Source of the DNA: a virus
Taxonomy: Duplodnaviria; Caudoviricetes
IMG/VR virus record: IMGVR_UViG_3300050159_000048
Strand: one strand, 5' to 3'
Length of the DNA: 64,000 nucleotides
Positions within the stretch are counted from its first letter, which is position 1. The number at the start of each line of letters is the position of its first letter. Positions 9,684-17,783 of the stretch are shown piece by piece. The position numbers were made by a program, and so were the translations under genes. A model generated the notes under the pieces. It did no database searches, was not told where the DNA came from, and saw nothing but the letters and a program-made list of their open reading frames with translations.

Positions 9684-9950
9684 TTACATCTTGTCGTCTT
9701 CGTCGCCAGACTCGTCATCTGCCTTCTTAGACTTTTTAGGCTTCTTGGACTTCTTGTCGTCCTCGTCTTTTTCATCATCGGTGCAGTCTTCTTCGTCGCA
9801 GGTTTCCTCCGACTCAACGGATTCGCCGAGCAGGATCGACTGGGTCTTTAGACGCAGATATTGGTGAAAGGCTTCCTTTGCTGCTGCTGAATCCGATTCA
9901 ACGATTGCGTCAACAACGGCTTCGAGGTGTTGCTTCATTTGCTTGTTCAT
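9684..9950 (-). CDS. Small acidic prohead core protein (gp67/gp68-like position)
   Basis: 88 aa, highly charged, between the portal and protease genes. Confidence 0.55.
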   Translation of the reverse strand: MNKQMKQHLEAVVDAIVESDSAAAKEAFHQYLRLKTQSILLGESVESEETCDEEDCTDDEKDEDDKKSKKPKKSKKADDESGDEDDKM

Positions 9951-10002
9951 GTGTTGCTCCTAGTGACGGAAGTTGTGCGGTGTATAAGTACACCTTCTGA
10001 TT

Positions 10003-10010
10003 TATTTATT
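10003..10010 (-). promoter_or_regulatory. Late promoter (AATAAATA)
   Basis: Upstream of ORF 9950. Confidence 0.65.
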
Positions 10011-10036
10011 GGGGGTCGCTTTTAACTTGCCCTGGT

Positions 10037-11722
10037 TCACTGTGGCGGCGGCGTAACTCCGCCATTTTCGGGGGGAATTGGCGCGCTGCCCATTTGTGAA
10101 TTCATGTCACCACCCACAGCCATAGCGTCCCCTCCACCCATCAAGTCTCCTGGCGGGCCGCCGAAACCACCACCAAGTGATCCGGCTAGCATTCCACCAC
10201 CCGCGCCAAGTCCGGCTTCTTCAGGTGGGGGTCCGTAGACTGCTCGCATATTTGCTAGACGATCGCCACTGTCAGGGTTGATGCCCAATTCTTCACACCG
10301 CAGACGGAAGTTCAGAAGAATCTGTTCATCGCTCATCTGCAGGTAGTTAGACATCGCAAAACGCTTTGACAAGTGTTCGATTGATGCAGCACTGTTGTAG
10401 GTTGTCAGTAGATCGTTATCCAGCTGCTGCTTACGGTACTTACCGTAGTTCTCAGGCTTGTTAAGGCGAAGGCTGAAGATTGCTGTATCGATGTGAATTC
10501 CAGCAGCCCTGAGGTAGCGTTTGAATTCCTTATCGATGACGTGTGAGATGTAACCTTGCAAACGCTCAATGTATTGGGCGAATCGCAGTTCTTGAATGTA
10601 TGCAACACCAGTCTTACCGTCTGAGATCACAGAGCCGTCCTGCCCCTCTTTCATGTAGGATAGGGGGATGCGTAGACCACGGAATACCTTCCATTGGAAG
10701 TATTCCAAGTCAGCCAGTTCACCAAGACCTTGCCCACCTGGAAGGGTTTCAATGCGAGAACCTTTACCGTCGGGGCGCTGCGCAAGGAAGAAGTCTTCAC
10801 TCATTTGCTGAGGGTTATAGACGGAGTCTACTTGCTCAACACCACCACCGTAAGTTGGGATCTTGCGCTGACGAATTTCGTTCTTGATCTGCTCCAAGTG
10901 CATTTTGACGCGTTGCGGCGGCATCTTGCCCACGTCAATGTAAAACACACGACGTTCAGGTGCGCGTTGAATGCGGTAGATGATGATGGCGTCTTCCAGC
11001 AACTCCTTCTGCTTCTGAGCGCGGTAAATTGCGCGTAGAACAGACTCACCGAACGGTGCTTGCTCACCGAGGTCGTCATTTAACGAGAACCAGACCACGT
11101 TTTCAGCTGCAAAAACGTCCATGATCTCATTGTTGCTGCTAGCTTGGGTTGCGTGAGGAGATTGCTGGTTGTACGGAGAGCGCGGGACCTTTGTGTCGCG
11201 CTTAATCTGCCAACCAACAACACGGGTCACGTCATTTTCATCAACAACTGCAGCGATAACACTCTTTGGGTGAACGTATTCCCATTTTGATGTGTCGCGG
11301 TGGCGGATGAAGAAACAGTCACCGTATTTGATTGTTACGCGTGCAACCTTGAATAGGCGAGTTTGCCAGTCGTGTAGATCAGTCCAGTACCGCAGAGCGG
11401 CACGGAGCGTCATCACAACACTACTGTCGAGGTTTGCATCTTTTTCACTCTTAATGATTAGTTCAAACGGTAGGTCGGTACCTTCGTCTGTTCCAACCAT
11501 CTCTTCCGCAATAGTGTCCAACGAACGAGCGATTTCAATATCGTTGTCCATTAGGTCATATTCGCGGTAACGTGTCAAGCGAGACGCCGAACCTTGTACC
11601 AAGCGCTGATACCAAGTATAATTGGCGTATGCACCCTGGTCGCCAATATTCTGGCTGTCTGACATGGTCGTCACACCCGGTTTCGGGGCAACTACTTTGA
11701 AGAAGTCAGCAAATTTTGCCAT
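10037..11722 (-). CDS. Portal protein, gp20-like
   Basis: LLEDAIIIYRIQRAPERRVFYIDVGKMP, EDFFL, GSRIETLPGG. Confidence 0.95.
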   Translation of the reverse strand: MAKFADFFKVVAPKPGVTTMSDSQNIGDQGAYANYTWYQRLVQGSASRLTRYREYDLMDNDIEIARSLDTIAEEMVGTDEGTDLPFELIIKSEKDANLDSSVVMTLRAALRYWTDLHDWQTRLFKVARVTIKYGDCFFIRHRDTSKWEYVHPKSVIAAVVDENDVTRVVGWQIKRDTKVPRSPYNQQSPHATQASSNNEIMDVFAAENVVWFSLNDDLGEQAPFGESVLRAIYRAQKQKELLEDAIIIYRIQRAPERRVFYIDVGKMPPQRVKMHLEQIKNEIRQRKIPTYGGGVEQVDSVYNPQQMSEDFFLAQRPDGKGSRIETLPGGQGLGELADLEYFQWKVFRGLRIPLSYMKEGQDGSVISDGKTGVAYIQELRFAQYIERLQGYISHVIDKEFKRYLRAAGIHIDTAIFSLRLNKPENYGKYRKQQLDNDLLTTYNSAASIEHLSKRFAMSNYLQMSDEQILLNFRLRCEELGINPDSGDRLANMRAVYGPPPEEAGLGAGGGMLAGSLGGGFGGPPGDLMGGGDAMAVGGDMNSQMGSAPIPPENGGVTPPPQ

Positions 11723-11749
11723 CTGGGATCCTGAAGTTATAGGTTCGTG

Positions 11750-11757
11750 TATTTATG
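11750..11757 (-). promoter_or_regulatory. Late promoter (CATAAATA)
   Basis: Upstream of the portal gene. Confidence 0.7.
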
Positions 11758-11775
11758 AGCTTGAAAACGCTGGCG

Positions 11776-14082
11776 TTAAACGTAGTTATATTGAGCCCCA
11801 AATTTGTTGCCACCACGGAGTGCTGTTTTTGTGCTAGTATTCTGCTTTTCCCGATCTGTTAGCGTTAGTGCGATTAGTTGTTTCTCAAGCAGGTCGGTCT
11901 GTCGGTCGGCGTTATCTGCCAACTTCTTCAACAAATCATTGGATACATCCATTTGGGCTACTTGGGCTGATAGCTTATCAGCTGCTGTTAGTGTTGCCTT
12001 TTCAACATTTTTGCTTGTCTCTGTCTGAGCAGTTTTCGCAACACGATCATCCACCTTATTGGGGCCAGGCCCTTGTACTGGAGCACCAACCACACCAGGT
12101 TTTGTGTTATCGTCAAGGTATTTTGTTTCGCTAGCAATCCGTTCAGACTTTGCTTGGTTGACAAGATTATCGAGGAAGAACAGGCTCCCCAGTTTCTCAA
12201 TGCCCCGAGGGATGGAAGATTGCATCTTTTCCCACGGACTTGCACGGTCCCAATTCTTGTCATCCTGATCAGTGTCAACCCTAGCTGTGCCAACGCCCAT
12301 CTTGCCTGCCGCCCAGTCAACACCAGCGCCTGTTGCCATCATTGCAGCAGCGGGGAGCGCAACTCCCCTGGCAAACTTGCCAGCTTGTGCCAGCTTGCCG
12401 CCAGTTGCAGCAGCTCCTACCGCACCAGCAGCTCCTGCGCCGACCGCTTCGCCAGCTACAGTACCGGCAACTCGGCCCGCAACATTACCAGCGATTTTTT
12501 CACCGATTTTGCCGATGAACTTGCCACCACCCATCAACATAATGATGGAGGATACGCCAGCTGCAATTGGGCCCAGCCAGTGCTGTCCTGATGCAATTAG
12601 GTCAAGTTGTTTCACCATCTCAGCAGTGCTTGCTATGGTTTGAGCAATCTGATCCTCTGATACGTCCTTCATTGTGGCATCAATCTGAGCAATTGGGGCC
12701 TTCAGAGTGTCAATCGAGGTAGAGAAGGGACTGTCTTTGCCGAAATACTGATCCATATTCAGTTTATCAGCCAGAGTGGTTGCAAAAATTTCACCACCCA
12801 GACTGCCTTGACCCATTTGATCCATCTTGTTGGCTGCGTTCTCGTTGAATCGCATCAGAGCTTCTTTTTGTTCGGGTGTAGCACGCTTACCAGCAATGAC
12901 TGCTTGGGCAGCCTCATCACCACCTGCGATTCCCATAGCTCCTGCCATCGCCCGCATTTTTGCAGCTTGTTTAATGCGGTCAATGGGTTTTGCAGCAACC
13001 ATTTGGTTTAGCATCTTGGCGGCCCGCTGTGCTTGTTCTGCACTCATGCCTGCGGCGATGGCGTTCTGGATCATTGCGCGCTGACTCTGCAGGATTGCTT
13101 CTCGCTCACTTCCGCGGGCGGAACGTAGAATGTCAATCATGTCAACATCTTGCGACATGGAGTCGTACAATGACATTGCTGATTCGCGCGACATGCCTGT
13201 TTGAGCAATCAGGCGATTGACGTCGTCGGTATAGCGCTCTAGGGCTGCTCGCGTTGGCTTTACACCAGCGGTAGCTAGGGATTTTGCACCCTGGGTTGCC
13301 AATTCCAACGCCTTCTGAAAGTCTCCCCCAGTGGATACTACAAGGCGTTTAACCGTAGAGTCGAGTGTTGCCATGCCCTGGGTAGTGCCACCCATAGCGT
13401 TGAACATTTGGCGGCCTTGTTTGGTAGCATTGATGAAAGCGTCAGCTGATACCCCGTACTTCAGGGCCAATGTTTGTTGGTCCAGCAGAGCCTTCTCGAT
13501 GTTGCCAGATGCCTCAATGACACCGTCAGATGCTTTCACCTGAGCCAATTGTTGACGTGCGTTAGCTGCAACAGTCTTACCAAACCAAACCAATGCAGCA
13601 GATGTTAGTGTGCCGCTACGTGCGAGGTTAACCAATGACGTGTTTGCCGCAGCAGTAGCGTCAGTAAAATCCTTTTGTGCTTTGGTCGAGCGCAACGTAG
13701 CATCAGCAAGTTTGTTGCTAGAGTTGCGTATCAAGATACGCAACTCTTCCAGGTCGCGTTCGCTTGCAGTACCTTGTGCGGTTAGCTTGTTGAGTTTGTC
13801 TCGATAATTGTTGTGTTGAATGCTAAGCTCAATTTCACGCTTTTTTGCCTTCAACAGCTCATCTAGAGCGTGTTGTTCACGCTTCGTCAGAGTTTCGTTC
13901 TTAGCCAAGGCATCATTGAACAGAGCTAACTCATGGTTGACATGATCTTGCATGTCAGCATGTGCTTTCATAGAAGCTAGCGTTGCGGCTTGCGTTCGTG
14001 ATTGGGCGTTAACTAACCCTTGCAGTGATTGTGCAAACTGCTGAATGATAGAGTTGAGTTGTTGAGTTGCTTGATCAGCCAT
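11776..14082 (-). CDS. Putative tape measure protein
   Basis: 768 aa, Ala/Gln-rich helical with a Gly/Ala-rich hydrophobic segment; adjacent to the chaperone-like pair. Confidence 0.6.
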   Translation of the reverse strand: MADQATQQLNSIIQQFAQSLQGLVNAQSRTQAATLASMKAHADMQDHVNHELALFNDALAKNETLTKREQHALDELLKAKKREIELSIQHNNYRDKLNKLTAQGTASERDLEELRILIRNSSNKLADATLRSTKAQKDFTDATAAANTSLVNLARSGTLTSAALVWFGKTVAANARQQLAQVKASDGVIEASGNIEKALLDQQTLALKYGVSADAFINATKQGRQMFNAMGGTTQGMATLDSTVKRLVVSTGGDFQKALELATQGAKSLATAGVKPTRAALERYTDDVNRLIAQTGMSRESAMSLYDSMSQDVDMIDILRSARGSEREAILQSQRAMIQNAIAAGMSAEQAQRAAKMLNQMVAAKPIDRIKQAAKMRAMAGAMGIAGGDEAAQAVIAGKRATPEQKEALMRFNENAANKMDQMGQGSLGGEIFATTLADKLNMDQYFGKDSPFSTSIDTLKAPIAQIDATMKDVSEDQIAQTIASTAEMVKQLDLIASGQHWLGPIAAGVSSIIMLMGGGKFIGKIGEKIAGNVAGRVAGTVAGEAVGAGAAGAVGAAATGGKLAQAGKFARGVALPAAAMMATGAGVDWAAGKMGVGTARVDTDQDDKNWDRASPWEKMQSSIPRGIEKLGSLFFLDNLVNQAKSERIASETKYLDDNTKPGVVGAPVQGPGPNKVDDRVAKTAQTETSKNVEKATLTAADKLSAQVAQMDVSNDLLKKLADNADRQTDLLEKQLIALTLTDREKQNTSTKTALRGGNKFGAQYNYV

Positions 14083-14100
14083 ATGTTTACCCTTGAGATT

Positions 14101-14138
14101 GTGGTATTTACGTTATTGATCCCTGTATTAAATACCAC
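14101..14138. promoter_or_regulatory. Divergent pair of late promoters forming a 10-bp inverted repeat
   Basis: GTGGTATTTA (14101-14110) and TAAATACCAC (14129-14138). Confidence 0.7.
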
Positions 14139-14155
14139 ACACATAAGGAGAAACT

Positions 14156-14944
14156 ATGTCCAACACCAATCCACTACTAGCCAAAATCCGCATCCCCGGT
14201 GCTACATTCCGTCTGCCATCCCAAGGTCTATTCTACGAGGACGGAGAACTTGCCGAAGGCGTGACGAAGGGTGAAGTTGAGGTGTATCCGATGACCGCTG
14301 TGGATGAAATTGTGCTGGCGACACCAGACAAGCTGCTGTCTGGCCGTGCAATCATGGAGATTTTCGCTCGGTGCATTCCACAAGTGATCAAGCCTGAGAA
14401 GCTGTTGACGCGTGATGTGGACTTTCTGATGGTGTGTTTGCGCTCTGTGTCGTTTGGCGATGCGATGGAAGTCACATATACCCACGATTGCGCTAACGCA
14501 AAGACCCACACATTTAGCGTCGACATTCAACAAATGATCCGTGAAACCAAGGTAGTTGACCCAACGTCAATTAACCAAGAATACACGTGTACGGTACCAA
14601 ATGGTCAGATTGTTACCCTGAAGCCACTGACGTACGACAATGTGATTGAGTTGTATCAAACAACTGCTCTAATGAAAGAGGACGAGCTCAGCATTAATGA
14701 GGCGGAGCAGCTGGTGTTGGACACGCTGTCCAACGTGATTCGACGCGTCGATGACGTGACGGATAAGCAGCAAATCCGTGAGTGGGTTAAGTCCATCCCG
14801 CTTGGGTGGAAGCGCAAGATTGAAGGTGCGGCACAAATGGTCAGTCAGTGGGGTGTGGATTTCACATCACGCCAAAAGTGTCCTGATTGCGGTGAGGAGG
14901 CCCACGTCCAGGTATCTGCAAATCCAGTAAGTTTTTTTTCATGA
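14156..14944 (+). CDS. T4 gp26-like baseplate hub / tail assembly chaperone
   Basis: LPSQGLFY, EVEVYPMTAVDE, DVDFLMVCLRSVSFG, CPDCG; ends SFFS. Confidence 0.75.
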   Translation: MSNTNPLLAKIRIPGATFRLPSQGLFYEDGELAEGVTKGEVEVYPMTAVDEIVLATPDKLLSGRAIMEIFARCIPQVIKPEKLLTRDVDFLMVCLRSVSFGDAMEVTYTHDCANAKTHTFSVDIQQMIRETKVVDPTSINQEYTCTVPNGQIVTLKPLTYDNVIELYQTTALMKEDELSINEAEQLVLDTLSNVIRRVDDVTDKQQIREWVKSIPLGWKRKIEGAAQMVSQWGVDFTSRQKCPDCGEEAHVQVSANPVSFFS

Positions 14945-15168
14945 CCCTCCGATCTGGAACGATTGAGGAGAAGCAGCAAATGTTCTCCTCAATGGTCAAT
15001 GACCGGAGGCGTATTATCAAATCGATCATTCAACTGGTGTATTTCATGCGCGGAGCGGTTCAATACGAAACCATGATGTCCATGTCGTCATTTGAGCGAA
15101 GTATGGTAAGTGAGTTCGTGGAGGATCGGCTCGAGGTGGAATCGAAGAAGATGTATCCGCAATACTAA
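14941..15168 (+). CDS. T4 gp51-like small hub assembly protein (possible frameshift extension of the upstream ORF)
   Basis: 75 aa, ATGA overlap, -1 frame relative to the upstream ORF, no clear SD. Confidence 0.6.
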   Translation: MTLRSGTIEEKQQMFSSMVNDRRRIIKSIIQLVYFMRGAVQYETMMSMSSFERSMVSEFVEDRLEVESKKMYPQY

Positions 15169-15496
15169 GCCAGCTCCACGCAGGCATCATAGAGAGACCG
15201 GCTTGGCAGCCGGAGAGATTGTTGAGTTCGGTACCCTTCACTCAACAATCTCTAGCGGTGAAGTAACGCGGTTAAAGGGAATTATCAATCCCTGCCCCGC
15301 GTTTTCGTAGCTGATTGGAAGTACCTCACGGTTCACAGAAGTGAACAATTGTATGAAAAGTGGCCATAACTCCCAAGGTGGTCAACTTTGGTGGGCTCTA
15401 TACCACAGGCTCGTTAGTGCGGCTCCACGCACTCTGTTCCTACACCGGTGGGAGAAGGGTATCACCACCTGACGTTTCTAGTTATACTGTATTGTT
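15169..15496 (+). ncRNA. Candidate structured non-coding RNA
   Basis: Non-coding gap with at least 7 stems, including a perfect 14-bp stem, and a loop-loop complement. G-U pairs favour the plus strand. Confidence 0.5.
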
Positions 15497-15979
15497 TCAG
15501 TCCGGCATGCGCGCAATCCAATACGCGTCGGTCAAATCCGTGAGACCGGTAGTCTTCTTAAAGCCTGCGTCTAAAAACTTCTGTCGAACGTCGTCTGAGA
15601 GTGCTTCTATCATTGCCTTTTTATCAGCCTTGCCACTTCCTGTGGCCTTCTTTTTCACCGAAGTAGGTGCGTATTCCTTGAATACGATAGTGGGGTGCTC
15701 GTAAGCAACAAGATTGACGATCGTAAACAACAATCCAGCCAAGTCTCGAGTTGCATCCCCTCTGATTCCGAAAGCCAATCCTTCTGCTTTAAGCATCGTT
15801 GGATTATGTTTCTTGATCAGTTCACAGATTTTCTTTGCGGTTGACAACGCACGGGCGTATGTAGTGTCCGTTTTTTCGGTTGTAAACCGTCCGAATTCTT
15901 CCATCTGCTGTGATTCAGTGTTCCACAATACGTATCCACAGCTAGTATACGATTGGTCAATTCCCAGTACAAGTGCCAT
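15497..15979 (-). CDS. ruvC: RuvC-like Holliday junction resolvase
   Basis: LGIDQS, KAEG, PTSVKKKATGSGKADK, DLTDAY acidic active-site pattern. Confidence 0.9.
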   Translation of the reverse strand: MALVLGIDQSYTSCGYVLWNTESQQMEEFGRFTTEKTDTTYARALSTAKKICELIKKHNPTMLKAEGLAFGIRGDATRDLAGLLFTIVNLVAYEHPTIVFKEYAPTSVKKKATGSGKADKKAMIEALSDDVRQKFLDAGFKKTTGLTDLTDAYWIARMPD

Positions 15980-16018
15980 TTTACCCTCTCTAAACCTATT
16001 TAAGAGGGTAAAATGGCA
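15974..16018 (-). promoter_or_regulatory. RBS-sequestering hairpin with a late promoter in its loop
   Basis: 16-bp perfect inverted repeat covering the SD and ATG; TAAATA at 16002-15997. Confidence 0.8.
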
Positions 16019-16025
16019 GTGATTC

Positions 16026-17783
16026 TTATGCTGGTAGCGGTTCCTGGAGAATTCCGCTGAACCCCTTGCTGAGTTGAACCGTCATTTTGCGGTCGAACAT
16101 ACCGTCAATTTCAGCACGGTGAGAGATCACAAAAGTAGAGGTCTTATGTGTGCGAGCTAGATGCTTGATCAAGTATGCGCAAGCAGTAACTCCGCCAGCA
16201 TCCAGGCCATAATCTAGCACTTCATCGAATACAGTAAGGTTTGTTCGACCGTACAGACGAGACCGCACATCACGAAACGCCAAAGATAGCGCAAAGTGAA
16301 TGCGAGCGCGTTGCCCCGTAGACATCAGGCCGACGTCGAACTCACTACCAAGTTTGGTGATCATAACGTCAAGCTCATGGGTGAACTCAATAGAATGTGG
16401 CAATCCGAGATCCGCTAGGTAGTTCTTCAACTGCTTATTCAGATACGGCAGGTTCTTATTCAGCAATGCCTTACGAACGAAACTATCATTCTTCGTCAGG
16501 AGCTTGAGCAAGAAGTCTTGATGTTTCAATTCCTTGTCTAGAGCGTTAGCCTGCTCATAATCAACCTCATCAAGCTTGACGTCTAGCAGCTCTTGCAGAG
16601 GTTCCTCATACGGATTCTGCGCCACTTCACCTTCAGCGATACGCTGTCGGAACGAAGATGCTTGATCGCGGATGGCCAACAACTCAGTCAAATTAGGCAC
16701 AGTAATCTTCGCAGACACCGTTTCTGCCTCCCGCTCGAGTTGTGTGATCTTACGGCTGATCATCTGACGCACCTCTGTGGCCTCTGCTAACTCCTCGTTC
16801 AGTGCAATTTGTTGGGTTGACAGACGAGTGATGTTTGTTGCGGCGTCGGGGTGTCCCTGCATGCAGTACGGACACTTGTTATCCCGCAGATGGATCAACT
16901 CCTCAGCAATCTTACGCAGTGCGGTATTCAGATCAGCAATTGTGCGGTCCTCAAGCTTGAGCTCTGATCGCAGTTCACGAATCGCAGATTGTACTTCAGC
17001 AACTTTGGCGTGAAGTTCACGCTCAGCGTCGAAGTCAATGTTGTCAATCTTCGCCAGCTTGGTTTTCAAATCTGCAACGGTTTTGGCGTTTTGAATCACC
17101 CAATCCGAAACGCGACGCTTGGCTGTTTCGATAAGAGTAGAATGCCGCTCATGTTCACGAATTAGTTGATCAATCGTGCTCTTTTTGTGCACGAGTTCCT
17201 TCTTGGTATCCTTGATCAATGTACGCAGCTTGTCAGCCTTGTCGGAAATGACAGTAATACCAAAAATCTCTTCAATGAACTCTTTTTGCTTCGGGCTGGG
17301 CAAATCCAGAAAGCCTTCTGTGCTGGCCTTGAATGCAACGATCTGCTCAAACATATCAGCAGGAATACCGATTGTTTGGGCAATAATCTTGTTGGTATCA
17401 CCATTAGGTACAACAGTGATGTCCTTGCCGTCTTCGTAGAAGAATACCTTGTTACCCTCTGCACCAGCCTTCATCTTGCGCATCCGGTGGATCTTGTAAT
17501 GCTTGCCATTGACAGCAAACTCCAAGATCACTTCCATCTGCTTTTTGTTGACGTTGTTGACGAGGCTGTCAACAGGGACTTTGCGGGGTGATTTATCAAA
17601 CAAGACATACACCAAAGCGGTGAGCACGGCTGTTGATTTACCAACGCCGTTACTACCGCCGTCGATGTGGTCTAGGTTCTCCCCAACAATCAGAGTGGTT
17701 CCGCTGATGTTGAGGGGTACTGTGGTTAAGTTGTTCCCGTACGACAGGAAATTGCGTAGGGAGATGGAAATGAACTCAATCAT
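16026..17783 (-). CDS. Recombination endonuclease ATPase subunit, gp46/SbcC/Rad50-like
   Basis: Walker A GVGKS, zinc hook CPYC, signature MSTGQ, Walker B FDE. Confidence 0.95.
   Translation of the reverse strand: MIEFISISLRNFLSYGNNLTTVPLNISGTTLIVGENLDHIDGGSNGVGKSTAVLTALVYVLFDKSPRKVPVDSLVNNVNKKQMEVILEFAVNGKHYKIHRMRKMKAGAEGNKVFFYEDGKDITVVPNGDTNKIIAQTIGIPADMFEQIVAFKASTEGFLDLPSPKQKEFIEEIFGITVISDKADKLRTLIKDTKKELVHKKSTIDQLIREHERHSTLIETAKRRVSDWVIQNAKTVADLKTKLAKIDNIDFDAERELHAKVAEVQSAIRELRSELKLEDRTIADLNTALRKIAEELIHLRDNKCPYCMQGHPDAATNITRLSTQQIALNEELAEATEVRQMISRKITQLEREAETVSAKITVPNLTELLAIRDQASSFRQRIAEGEVAQNPYEEPLQELLDVKLDEVDYEQANALDKELKHQDFLLKLLTKNDSFVRKALLNKNLPYLNKQLKNYLADLGLPHSIEFTHELDVMITKLGSEFDVGLMSTGQRARIHFALSLAFRDVRSRLYGRTNLTVFDEVLDYGLDAGGVTACAYLIKHLARTHKTSTFVISHRAEIDGMFDRKMTVQLSKGFSGILQEPLPA

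Noticed and set aside
15169-15979. RuvC plus adjacent RNA as a TnpB/IscB-like RNA-guided nuclease
   Set aside because: The 160-aa protein is a compact canonical resolvase with no room for recognition or zinc-finger regions, and G-U pairs favour the RNA on the opposite strand. Not fully excluded without experiments.
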